DNA of 64,000 nucleotides from an uncultured Clostridia bacterium (GTDB lineage Bacteria; Bacillota; Clostridia; Christensenellales; UBA1242): NCBI GenBank assembly GCA_944376905.1, contig CALWEA010000001.1, positions 214,676 to 278,675 of the forward strand, read 5' to 3'. Shown piece by piece: positions 1 to 7,929 of this stretch (position 1 is its first letter; each line of letters starts with the position of its first letter). The notes under the pieces were generated by a model. It saw only the letters and a program-made list of their open reading frames with translations, ran no database searches and was not told where the DNA came from. The position numbers and the translations under genes were made by a program.

Positions 1-2745
1 GATATTGCTAATAAAAAAGAGCAAATTCAAAGACTTGAAGAACAAAAAAGTGAATTGATTGCACAGGTTGAAAATTTAACAACAATAAAAAATGATAATG
101 AAACAACAATTTCTGGACTTAATAATCAAATAGACACTTTGCAATCACAAATTGCTGATTTATCTAAAAGTGAAACTGATAAAAGTAAAGAAATTGCTAG
201 ACTGACTGAACAAGTAAATAACTTACAATCATTATCAAGTCAATTACAAAAAACAAATGAATTGAATGTTGAAACTATTAACAGTTTAAATAATCAAATT
301 AAATCATTAAATACCCAAATTAGTGAAATGAATTATTTAATTAACAACAGTGGTTCAATCGTTTCTTCATTAAATGCTAAAATTGCTGAACTTGAAAAAA
401 GTGTAGCTTATTACGAAGAATATATCGCAAGTATGGAAAGTGGCGAGCAAGTTGTTGCAACATTTGAATTAAACGGAAGCGTTTACAATATTCAAATAGT
501 AAATAAAAATGACATTGTAACAGTAACAACACCTACTTCAACAGATTATGTGATTTTTAACTATTGGACTGTGAATGGAGAAAAAGTAGATTTATCCACT
601 TTTAAAGTAACAACTAATACAAAATTTGTTGCAAATGTAACTTTAAAATTTGATGCTATATTTAAAGTTGATTTTGAAGAATATGACAAACAAATTATAG
701 CTGAAAATGGTTTTGCTACTCTACCAGAAGCACCAACAAAAGATGGTTATGAATTTGATGGCTGGGTAATTAGTGGTAATGAAATTGTTGATGTAAACAC
801 TTATAAAATAACTCAAAACACAACCTTTACTGCTAAATTTACTCAAATTCACACAGTAACCTATATGTATGAGAATGACATTATAGGCACAGAGCAAGTT
901 AGAAATGGTAATAGCGTGGTAGGAATTGAAGTTCAAAATACTCCTTACAAAGAGTTTAATGGCTGGACTTTTAATGATACTTTGATTGATATTTCAACTT
1001 ATAAAATCACTTCATCTATTGTTTTGAAAGCAAGCATAATCTATAAATATGATGTAACTTTTATGGTAGATGATGAAGAATTTGAAACAATGATAGTTGC
1101 ACAAAATAACTACGCAAGTATATCCTCTACTCCTACAAAACGAGGTTATGAATTTGTTGGTTGGTCGCTTAATAATACTGATATTGTAAATGTTTACAGT
1201 ATTAAAATTACAGAAAATACAACTTTCTACGCTATGTTTAATAGAATTTACGCATTTGAAGCAGTTGAGTATAAAGATTTAGTGCAGTTAACAGGTCAAT
1301 ATGTTTGGGATGATGGCGAAAATGTTTATTATTCTTATCAAGATGAGCAATTTGTGTTAGATAAACAAACAAACTCTTGGTCTAAAAAAGAATGGAAAGG
1401 TCTTGAAAGTTTTGCTGGAAGTTTTATTTGGACAGACGGAACTAATGTTTATTATTCATATAATAGCAACAACTATGTTTTAAATAAGCAAACAAGTGTA
1501 TGGACAAGAAAAACTTGGAGTGGCTTAACAAAAATAAATGCTAATAATATTTGGACTGATGGGACAAATATTTATCATACTGAAAACGGAACTCATTACA
1601 TTTTAGCCCCTTCAACAAGCACATGGAAAAGAAAAAGCTGGTCTGGTATCGGTGATCCATACAATACCTATGATATGTGGTTCGCTGGAGAGAATGTGTA
1701 TTGTGAAACCATTATAGGTGATTATTATAAATTCGATAAAGCAAACGATAAATGGGTTGAAATTACAGTAACTTCAAGTTCTAGTTCTGGTGGTTCTAGT
1801 TCATATAGTGGCCATTGGACAGACGGAACTAATGCATATGTTGGTTCAACAACTGTTTATAATATTGAAACAAACACTTGGGAACCTATGACTTGGAATG
1901 GCATTGAGGGGTTTAGTGGTCAATCTGTTTGGTTTGATGAAAATGGTAATTTATATTCTTCAAATGGCTATACACATTATTCTTTTGATAAATCTTCTAA
2001 TACTTGGAGCATAATTGAGTGGAAAGGTATTTCTAGTTTTGATACTACTTACATTTGGTCAACAGACACTAATACCTATTATTCTAACGGAAGTTTGCAA
2101 TATGTGTTAGATAAGAAAACTATGACTTGGAATAAAAAGCAATGGAATGGTTTAACTTCAATAAATGGCTCTTATGTTTGGACTTTTGAAGGCAAAACAT
2201 ATTATATGGCAAGTAAAGATTATTATGTTTTGAATGAAGAAACTAGCACTTGGAGTTTATTGCATTCAAACGGTACTGCTGTAATGAGTTCGAGTATATG
2301 GACAGATGGCACAAATATATATTATAGCCTTTTAGGAACATATCAGTTAGATAAAGAAAGTATGACTTGGACACAATTAAGTGATTATAGCACCAACATT
2401 ATATTTGGTAATTGTATTTGGAGTGATGGTGAAAATCTTTACTATTCATCTAATGAAGAATTTTTCTCTACTATTCTAGGACAATATGTTTTTGATAAAG
2501 AAACAAATACATGGGTTGAAACTACTTGGGAACAATTAGGAGATTATAGTGGTAGAAATGTTTGGACTGATGGCGAAAGAATTTACTATTCGTTAGGATA
2601 TGAGCAATATGTTTTAAATACTGAAACAAGAACTTGGGAAGCTATGGTTTGGGAAGGAATAGAAAGCTTTGATGGTGAAGATGTGTGGACTGATGGAATA
2701 GATATTTATATTTCAAACGGCATTCAACAATACAAAATGAAATAA
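1..2745 (+). CDS. Large receptor-binding-like repeat protein (5' end outside window): coiled coil + 4 Listeria-Bacteroides-type repeats + 12 Kelch-like ~40-aa repeats
   Basis: Frame 1 is open from nt 1 (DIANKKEQIQRLEEQK...), so the TTG at 55 is not the true start. The N-terminus is Q/L/N-rich and heptad-like. Four GYEFxGW...NTTFxAxF modules follow, then 12 repeats of (I/V)WTDGxN(I/V)YYS..YVL(D/N)KxT..W..W.G. Stop is TAA at 2743-2745. Confidence 0.6.
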   Translation, partial: DIANKKEQIQRLEEQKSELIAQVENLTTIKNDNETTISGLNNQIDTLQSQIADLSKSETDKSKEIARLTEQVNNLQSLSSQLQKTNELNVETINSLNNQIKSLNTQISEMNYLINNSGSIVSSLNAKIAELEKSVAYYEEYIASMESGEQVVATFELNGSVYNIQIVNKNDIVTVTTPTSTDYVIFNYWTVNGEKVDLSTFKVTTNTKFVANVTLKFDAIFKVDFEEYDKQIIAENGFATLPEAPTKDGYEFDGWVISGNEIVDVNTYKITQNTTFTAKFTQIHTVTYMYENDIIGTEQVRNGNSVVGIEVQNTPYKEFNGWTFNDTLIDISTYKITSSIVLKASIIYKYDVTFMVDDEEFETMIVAQNNYASISSTPTKRGYEFVGWSLNNTDIVNVYSIKITENTTFYAMFNRIYAFEAVEYKDLVQLTGQYVWDDGENVYYSYQDEQFVLDKQTNSWSKKEWKGLESFAGSFIWTDGTNVYYSYNSNNYVLNKQTSVWTRKTWSGLTKINANNIWTDGTNIYHTENGTHYILAPSTSTWKRKSWSGIGDPYNTYDMWFAGENVYCETIIGDYYKFDKANDKWVEITVTSSSSSGGSSSYSGHWTDGTNAYVGSTTVYNIETNTWEPMTWNGIEGFSGQSVWFDENGNLYSSNGYTHYSFDKSSNTWSIIEWKGISSFDTTYIWSTDTNTYYSNGSLQYVLDKKTMTWNKKQWNGLTSINGSYVWTFEGKTYYMASKDYYVLNEETSTWSLLHSNGTAVMSSSIWTDGTNIYYSLLGTYQLDKESMTWTQLSDYSTNIIFGNCIWSDGENLYYSSNEEFFSTILGQYVFDKETNTWVETTWEQLGDYSGRNVWTDGERIYYSLGYEQYVLNTETRTWEAMVWEGIESFDGEDVWTDGIDIYISNGIQQYKMK

Positions 2746-2757
2746 TGGAGTAGTTTT

Positions 2758-3603
2758 GTGATAACAATAATTTTTGCTCCTCCACGCACTGGTAAAACTT
2801 GTTTAATGACTCATTTAGGTCGTGAAATGGCTTTTGACAGAGTTAGGAACAAACTTATGAGTCAAGAATTATTACAAAAAAATAAAAACGGATTTAGTTT
2901 GACTATACCCTCTCATTGTTTAAGTGCTAATTATGATATTGTCGCACGCAAGTTTGGGTATAGTCCTAGACTAAGTCGCAAAATTAACCCTTACAGGTTA
3001 GGCTTTAAAAATAAGTTTGTTAAAACACATTTCAATTTCCCTTATGAGTGTATTTGTATAACAGAAGCTCAAAAATATCTTAATTCAAGAATGAGTATGT
3101 ATTTCCCAGAGTGGCAAAGTAGATGGTATGAACAACACGGGCATAACAATCTTGATATCTTTATGGATACTCAAAGACCAATGCTTATTGATGTGAATAT
3201 TAGAGAACTAGCGCAGTTTATTGAAGTTATAAAATTAGAAAAATTTTATGATGATTACGGTAAAATTTGCAAACTAAAATGGACTGTTAGAAAAATTGAA
3301 AATTCCAGCTTATTTGATAGATATATGGCAAGTGGTAAAAAAGATAATAGTTGTTATGAAGAAGAAGTAATAACAGCAAATTATAATGTTTTTGCTTGCT
3401 ATAACTCTCAAAATTGTAAACCTAAATTTTATGATGGTCATTTGGACGAAGATTTTGATTTGGAGTATTCAAATGAATTAGAAGAGAATTTAGAAGGCTA
3501 CATTAAGTATTTGCAAGAAAATGATGATGAATTGCCAGAAGAATTTTATCAATCAAGAATTTTTAAAAAGGAGAAAAGCAATGATAAACTACAACAAAAA
3601 TAA
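2758..3603 (+). CDS. Zot/pI-like P-loop NTPase (filamentous-phage assembly ATPase family)
   Basis: GTG start lies 7 nt after GGAG and 12 nt after the upstream stop. Walker A is at residues 7-14 (APPRTGKT) and a Walker-B-like CICITEAQ follows, the layout typical of Zot-type NTPases. There is no C-terminal TM segment and the tail is acidic. Confidence 0.5.
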   Translation: MITIIFAPPRTGKTCLMTHLGREMAFDRVRNKLMSQELLQKNKNGFSLTIPSHCLSANYDIVARKFGYSPRLSRKINPYRLGFKNKFVKTHFNFPYECICITEAQKYLNSRMSMYFPEWQSRWYEQHGHNNLDIFMDTQRPMLIDVNIRELAQFIEVIKLEKFYDDYGKICKLKWTVRKIENSSLFDRYMASGKKDNSCYEEEVITANYNVFACYNSQNCKPKFYDGHLDEDFDLEYSNELEENLEGYIKYLQENDDELPEEFYQSRIFKKEKSNDKLQQK

Positions 3604-3847
3604 ACTAATAAATCAAAATTTAAGTAAGTATTATGAAACATTTAGTTTAACACTTGATACTGTTGATTTTGTCCCAGAAAAGTATAATAAAAAGATTTGT
3701 AAGTATATCTTTAAAAATATGAAAAAGTCCTTTAAAAAGATTGATAAAGAAGATAGAAAATATCAACGAAAAATCAAAAAAAATGAAAGAATTAAAAGGA
3801 GGAAAATTTATGGGATTTTTCACAGGAGAACAAAAAAAGATGGCTAA
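3581..3847 (+). CDS. Small highly basic protein (88 aa), unknown function
   Basis: ATG 3581 is preceded by AAGGAG (3568-3573), so it is preferred over the track start at 3521, which lies inside the Zot-like gene. The C-terminal half is Lys/Arg-rich (KEDRKYQRKIKKNERIKRRK). No TM segment. Confidence 0.4.
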   Translation: MINYNKNKLINQNLSKYYETFSLTLDTVDFVPEKYNKKICKYIFKNMKKSFKKIDKEDRKYQRKIKKNERIKRRKIYGIFHRRTKKDG

Positions 3848-4028
3848 AAAATGTTCTTTTTATGATTTACAAAGAGGTTATCAAAATGCAGATTTAGCAT
3901 TAGAGAGAGCGTCTTATAGTGGTAATCAAAAAGAACTTAAAAACGCTATGAAAGAGCATAGAAAATATGAATATGCACTTTTATATCGCAACACGCCAGA
4001 GTTTAAGAAGAAATTTCGTAAACGCTGA
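3810..4028 (+). CDS. Small basic protein (72 aa), unknown function
   Basis: ATG 3810 is preceded by AAAGGAGG (3796-3803), so it is preferred over the track start at 3741. It overlaps the upstream ORF's end. No TM segment. Confidence 0.4.
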   Translation: MGFFTGEQKKMAKKCSFYDLQRGYQNADLALERASYSGNQKELKNAMKEHRKYEYALLYRNTPEFKKKFRKR

Positions 4029-4075
4029 TTCTAACAATAATAGTTAAATACACAAGTCAGCGCATAGGAGGTTCT

Positions 4076-5110
4076 ATGTCGTATGGTGAAACGAAAGTAT
4101 ATTTTGACGGAAGTCATTTTATAGCAATTCCTCATACGGTTAGACCGACAAAGCGTCGAAGTAAACCTATTGAGGAAGAAATAACTATTATTCAAGAGAG
4201 TGAAATAAAGGAAGGTTCTTTGCAAGAAAGCACGCAAGAGCCTTCTATTTCTCTTGAAAATCTTGTAGATGATAAATGTATCGAAGAAAGCAAAGATGTA
4301 GAAATTAAGCAAGAAAAAACAACTCGAATAGTTCGCAAACTAACGAAGAAAGAGTTGTTTGAAGAATTATATTCAAAATATATAGATTTAAAGAGAAATG
4401 AGCGCAAAAACAAAATTATCTATGAAATGTTACCCTACTTTAAAGATAAAGAAAGTTGTGAAGTTTTTGTATTTAATAATTTTGAAAGGAAACAAAGAAA
4501 TTTAATTTGTCGTAGGGTTAGAATGTGTAGAAAAGCAAATTTAGCTAATTTTAATTATTTTTGTACTTTTACTTATGATAATAATTTGCATACAGAAAAC
4601 ACATTTAAAAATAAATTACGAACTTGTTTAAGAAATTTATGTTTTAGAAAAAAATGGAAATATATGGGCGTTTGGGAACGAGCCCCTGAAACAAAAAGAT
4701 TACATTTTCATGGTTTATTTAATATACCTGATAATAATATGCCGGGAGAACTAATTGAGTGTGAAGATTATAATTTTAGTGCTCATAAGCGAATTAAAAC
4801 TTATCAAAACACTTATTTTAATTCAAGGTTTGGGCGTTCTGATTTTAAAGAAATAAATACAAAGTCAGATTTAATGAATGAAGTTCGTTATATATGTAAG
4901 TATATTGAAAAAACAGGTGAAAAAATTGTGTATAGTAAAGGTTTACCACAATATTTCATTTCGGACATAATGGATGAAGATGTAGTTTGTACAATAGGAC
5001 AAGAAGATAGAAAGTTATTATTGTTTGATGACTTTAAATGTTGGGATGAAGGTTGTCTTATAGGAGAAGTCAGCCCAGAAGTGATTGAGCAAATGAGAAA
5101 ATCGAATTAA
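4076..5110 (+). CDS. Rolling-circle replication initiator (HUH endonuclease, phiX174 gpA-type two-tyrosine Rep)
   Basis: SD GGAGG lies upstream of ATG 4076. RCR motif 1 is FCTFTYD, motif 2 (HUH) is RLHFHGLF, and motif 3 is YICKYIEK (Y-x-x-K-Y spacing, as in superfamily I Reps). Confidence 0.75.
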   Translation: MSYGETKVYFDGSHFIAIPHTVRPTKRRSKPIEEEITIIQESEIKEGSLQESTQEPSISLENLVDDKCIEESKDVEIKQEKTTRIVRKLTKKELFEELYSKYIDLKRNERKNKIIYEMLPYFKDKESCEVFVFNNFERKQRNLICRRVRMCRKANLANFNYFCTFTYDNNLHTENTFKNKLRTCLRNLCFRKKWKYMGVWERAPETKRLHFHGLFNIPDNNMPGELIECEDYNFSAHKRIKTYQNTYFNSRFGRSDFKEINTKSDLMNEVRYICKYIEKTGEKIVYSKGLPQYFISDIMDEDVVCTIGQEDRKLLLFDDFKCWDEGCLIGEVSPEVIEQMRKSN

Positions 5111-5192
5111 AAGACAAACGGCAACTAAAAAAATGTGAGGCAGAAACGGAAAGCCTGCGCGTTGATGCCCACATTAGTTGCCGTTTGTCTTT
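5110..5192. repeat. GC-rich long hairpin 1 (19-bp perfect stem plus inner extension)
   Basis: AAAGACAAACGGCAACTAA (5110-5128) is the exact reverse complement of TTAGTTGCCGTTTGTCTTT (5174-5192). Inner pairs are TGTG/CACA and GGC/GCC. It starts right at the Rep stop codon. Confidence 0.8.
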
Positions 5193-5239
5193 ATTCACCA
5201 AGATTTTAATTGTGAAATTTCTTGCTTTGTTTGTGTTTT

Positions 5240-5297
5240 GGCGTGTGCTTGTCTGGTGGCGCGAAGCGACACCACTTGTTCAAGACAAGCACACGCC
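5240..5297. repeat. GC-rich long hairpin 2 (15-bp perfect stem with nested inner hairpin)
   Basis: GGCGTGTGCTTGTCT (5240-5254) is the exact reverse complement of AGACAAGCACACGCC (5283-5297). The inner hairpin GGTGGCGC-GAA-GCGACACC has one mismatch. Confidence 0.8.
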
Positions 5298-5311
5298 AGG
5301 ATCTCATTTTT

Positions 5312-6277
5312 TTAAAAATTTTTGTTAAAGGTGCAAAATAATGTTTGAACAGTTGCGTAATACAAATCTTCTAATTTTTCTATTTGATATTCACCTTCAA
5401 AAGGGGTTTTCCATTCTTTATTATTCATTCTATTTATCAACAATGTACCCTGTCTCACCATCTCTATAACTACATATACACACTCATCTTCTCTTGAGTA
5501 TTTAACAAGATTCCAATAGTAATCTAATGGTGGTGTGTTGTGCATATTTTTAAAATCTAAAATATTATCTGGTAAAGCATAAGAATATTTAGTCTGTTTA
5601 TCCGTTAATAGTTTTTGTAATTGTTTTATTTTAGTTAACCATTCTTCATTTATATCTTTATTTTATTTAAGTGTATTATAATCAATTAATCTATTCCAAA
5701 TATCAGATTCAATATTATTATTATAATTCTGATTTATATCAATATAATATAAATCTAAAGGTAAATAGTTGTAGTCGTTTTCATTATATTCTTTATCCTT
5801 AACGAAATTTCCTCGAATATTAATTGCTCCGTATCTACTTATTCCTCTATGAAAATATTTTGCCCCATCATACAAAAATGAGGTAGTTAGGAAATTCAGT
5901 TTTTTTGCTTCTTTCTCAAAATTATCGAAAAATTTATCAAGAAAGTCATCATCTAATGTTTCAATTTTTAAATCACTAAAATTAGCTTGTTTTAGAATTT
6001 CTTTTTGTAACTCAATATTACACCTACTGAATCTATTATAAATCTTCCTAATATGCTTATAAAGAGGATTTAATTTTGCTGCAAATTGAGCTAATGGCAA
6101 ATATTCCTTTTCATCAATATTATCTTGAAGAAATTCAATAGCTTTCTCTTTAAGTTCATTTTGATGTTGATTTTTTTCGTTTTTTCTTTGTAGTAAATAT
6201 ATAACAATTGAAATAGCTATTGTCGCAAACAAAGATAGTATTCCAACAATCATTGATACTAAATTAATCCAATCCAT
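5312..6277 (-). pseudogene. N-terminally membrane-anchored protein of unknown function, interrupted by one in-frame TAA (5663-5665)
   Basis: ORFs 5663..6277 (204 aa, TM helix LVSMIVGILSLFATIAISIVIYLL) and 5312..5545 (77 aa) are in the same frame. The 39 codons between them are open and have no start codon. Together they read through as a 321-codon frame with a single TAA. Confidence 0.5.
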
Positions 6278-6469
6278 AATATCTCCTTATAAATATTATA
6301 CACTATAAACCTTAATTTGTAAATTTAGAAAACTTTTTACAAAAAATTTTATACTAAAAGTGATTTTATATAAAAATAAAGCACATTTTTCAATTTGGCA
6401 AATAATTGTATTTTTAAGTATAAAAAATATAGAAAATTAAGGTACAAATCCCTTTTGCCCTACCTTTAA

Positions 6470-6498
6470 TTGCAAGTTATTTAATTTTATGATATAAT
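6470..6498 (+). promoter_or_regulatory. Sigma-70-type promoter for the 6526 gene
   Basis: TTGCAA (6470-6475), a 17-nt spacer, then an extended -10 TGaTATAAT (6490-6498), about 28 nt upstream of ATG 6526. Confidence 0.5.
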
Positions 6499-6525
6499 AT
6501 TTATGTAATTTAAGGAGTCTAATTT

Positions 6526-7245
6526 ATGAACAATAACCAAATAGAAGAAATATATTCTCTCATATTTAAATATTTCAATAAATATCTTAAAAGTCAAAAT
6601 GTCAAAATGCCCAATTTGAAAAGTGGAGATAGTTATACTAAAGATGCATTAACCTTGGTTTATTTAGCACAAAACTATCCTAATACAAAAGCTGTTACGA
6701 AATCTGAATTGACTAGATTTATTCAACAATTCTATCCTGATGTTAATGATGTGCAACAAGCGAGGCATCTAGGTGCTCAAAAAGGTTGGTATATATTATC
6801 AGGAACTAGAAATGATAATTTTACAAATATAAAACCTGGAGAATATAAACTAATTACATTGGAAAGTTCTTATCCAGGATTTACTGGGCAAAAAAGAATT
6901 GAAAATATTAGCGGTGATTACTGGGAAGATTTAAAAAGAGCTTATAATTATAGATGTGCGACATGCGGTTCAAAAGAAGGTGAAGCTAATTATAATTGGC
7001 CTGAAACTATTACAAAACTGCAAAAAGGTCACATGGATCCTAATAAACCATTGGAAGAAGGCAATATAATTCCACAATGCGAAAAATGTAATCGTGCAGA
7101 CAGAAATTACTGGATTTATGATTCAAAAGGTCGTGTCATTAAAATAGCTAACGCAAAAGTAATTGACAATTGTTCGATTGAAATTCAAAAACAAATCTAT
7201 GCTAGATTATATAAAAAATTTAAAGGAGAAAAACCAACAGAATAA
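6526..7245 (+). CDS. Putative HNH/beta-beta-alpha-Me type restriction endonuclease (R-M associated)
   Basis: SD AAGGAG lies 8 nt upstream. The C-terminal half carries CATCGS...(about 25 aa)...KGHMDPNKP...IPQCEKCNRADRN, that is CxxC...H...CxxC with His/Asn as in zinc-stabilised HNH nucleases. It is adjacent and convergent to a C5 methyltransferase. Confidence 0.45.
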   Translation: MNNNQIEEIYSLIFKYFNKYLKSQNVKMPNLKSGDSYTKDALTLVYLAQNYPNTKAVTKSELTRFIQQFYPDVNDVQQARHLGAQKGWYILSGTRNDNFTNIKPGEYKLITLESSYPGFTGQKRIENISGDYWEDLKRAYNYRCATCGSKEGEANYNWPETITKLQKGHMDPNKPLEEGNIIPQCEKCNRADRNYWIYDSKGRVIKIANAKVIDNCSIEIQKQIYARLYKKFKGEKPTE

Positions 7246-7246
7246 T

Positions 7247-7909
7247 ATGGCAAAAACTTATCATGAGCTAACTAATTTTTTTAATATGAAATTAGATGTT
7301 TTGGCTAAGAAGTTAAAGTATTCTTATGATAATATTTTAATATTACAAGGAAATGAAGATGAATTAAAATCAAAATTTCCGGAAACATATCAAAATTTAC
7401 TGTCGTGTTTACATAACATGGATAATAGAAAACCAATTGAATATGCACGAGATTTGGTAGCATCATGGCTTTTTGAAGATTTTATGGTTGAAAAATTCAA
7501 ACAATTAGGATATTCATTAATTTTGTCAGGGAAAGATAAAAATCGTAAAATATTACCTAATATAAGGGTTGGATCAAATAGTGATACTATATTTTGTTAT
7601 AATGATCAAAATGTAAACTTAGAAATAATAACTGATTTTGGGAAGTTTTGGGAGAAACACAAAGTGTTAGATTTAAGAGATGATAAATATAATAAAATGC
7701 TTTCCGAAAAAGCTATTTTACTTGCAGTGTCAATTATTGATAAAAAATTTGCATTGATTCCTATAAGTAAAAGTTTGAAGATAGAACGCATCCCTCTACA
7801 TAAACCATATGGATATAAGCCAGCAACACGCATTTATTTAGAAAATATTTCTTTTTATAATTTTGATGTGACAGATATTATTAGTAAATTATTATCAATT
7901 ATTCAATAA
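7247..7909 (+). CDS. R-M-associated protein of unknown function (possible second nuclease subunit)
   Basis: ATG 7247 sits 1 nt after the upstream stop (TAAtATG), suggesting translational coupling. It is preferred over the overlapping track start at 7163. I could not recognise a motif with confidence. Confidence 0.4.
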   Translation: MAKTYHELTNFFNMKLDVLAKKLKYSYDNILILQGNEDELKSKFPETYQNLLSCLHNMDNRKPIEYARDLVASWLFEDFMVEKFKQLGYSLILSGKDKNRKILPNIRVGSNSDTIFCYNDQNVNLEIITDFGKFWEKHKVLDLRDDKYNKMLSEKAILLAVSIIDKKFALIPISKSLKIERIPLHKPYGYKPATRIYLENISFYNFDVTDIISKLLSIIQ

Positions 7910-7929
7910 AAAAAATAGGTGAAATTTAC

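Larger units (their letters stand above)
1..5300 (+). mobile_element. Right-hand part of an integrated ssDNA-phage-like (inovirus/plectrovirus-type) element; left end lies outside the window
   Basis: Co-directional tightly packed genes: a giant repeat protein, a Zot-like P-loop NTPase, two small basic ORFs and an HUH rolling-circle Rep. These are followed by two GC-rich hairpins (5110-5297) in an otherwise AT-rich context. No integrase or att repeat is visible in the window. Confidence 0.5.

Noticed and set aside
721-936. Numerous short antisense or alternative-frame ORFs in the track, e.g. 721..936, 4031..4413, 8013..8195, 12009..12460, 13134..13468, 16437..16697, 20754..21035, 40320..41553 and 49975..50303
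   Set aside because: Each is fully embedded in a longer ORF that has recognisable motifs or operon context. They lack SD sequences and have the skewed composition expected from reading AT-rich coding DNA out of frame.
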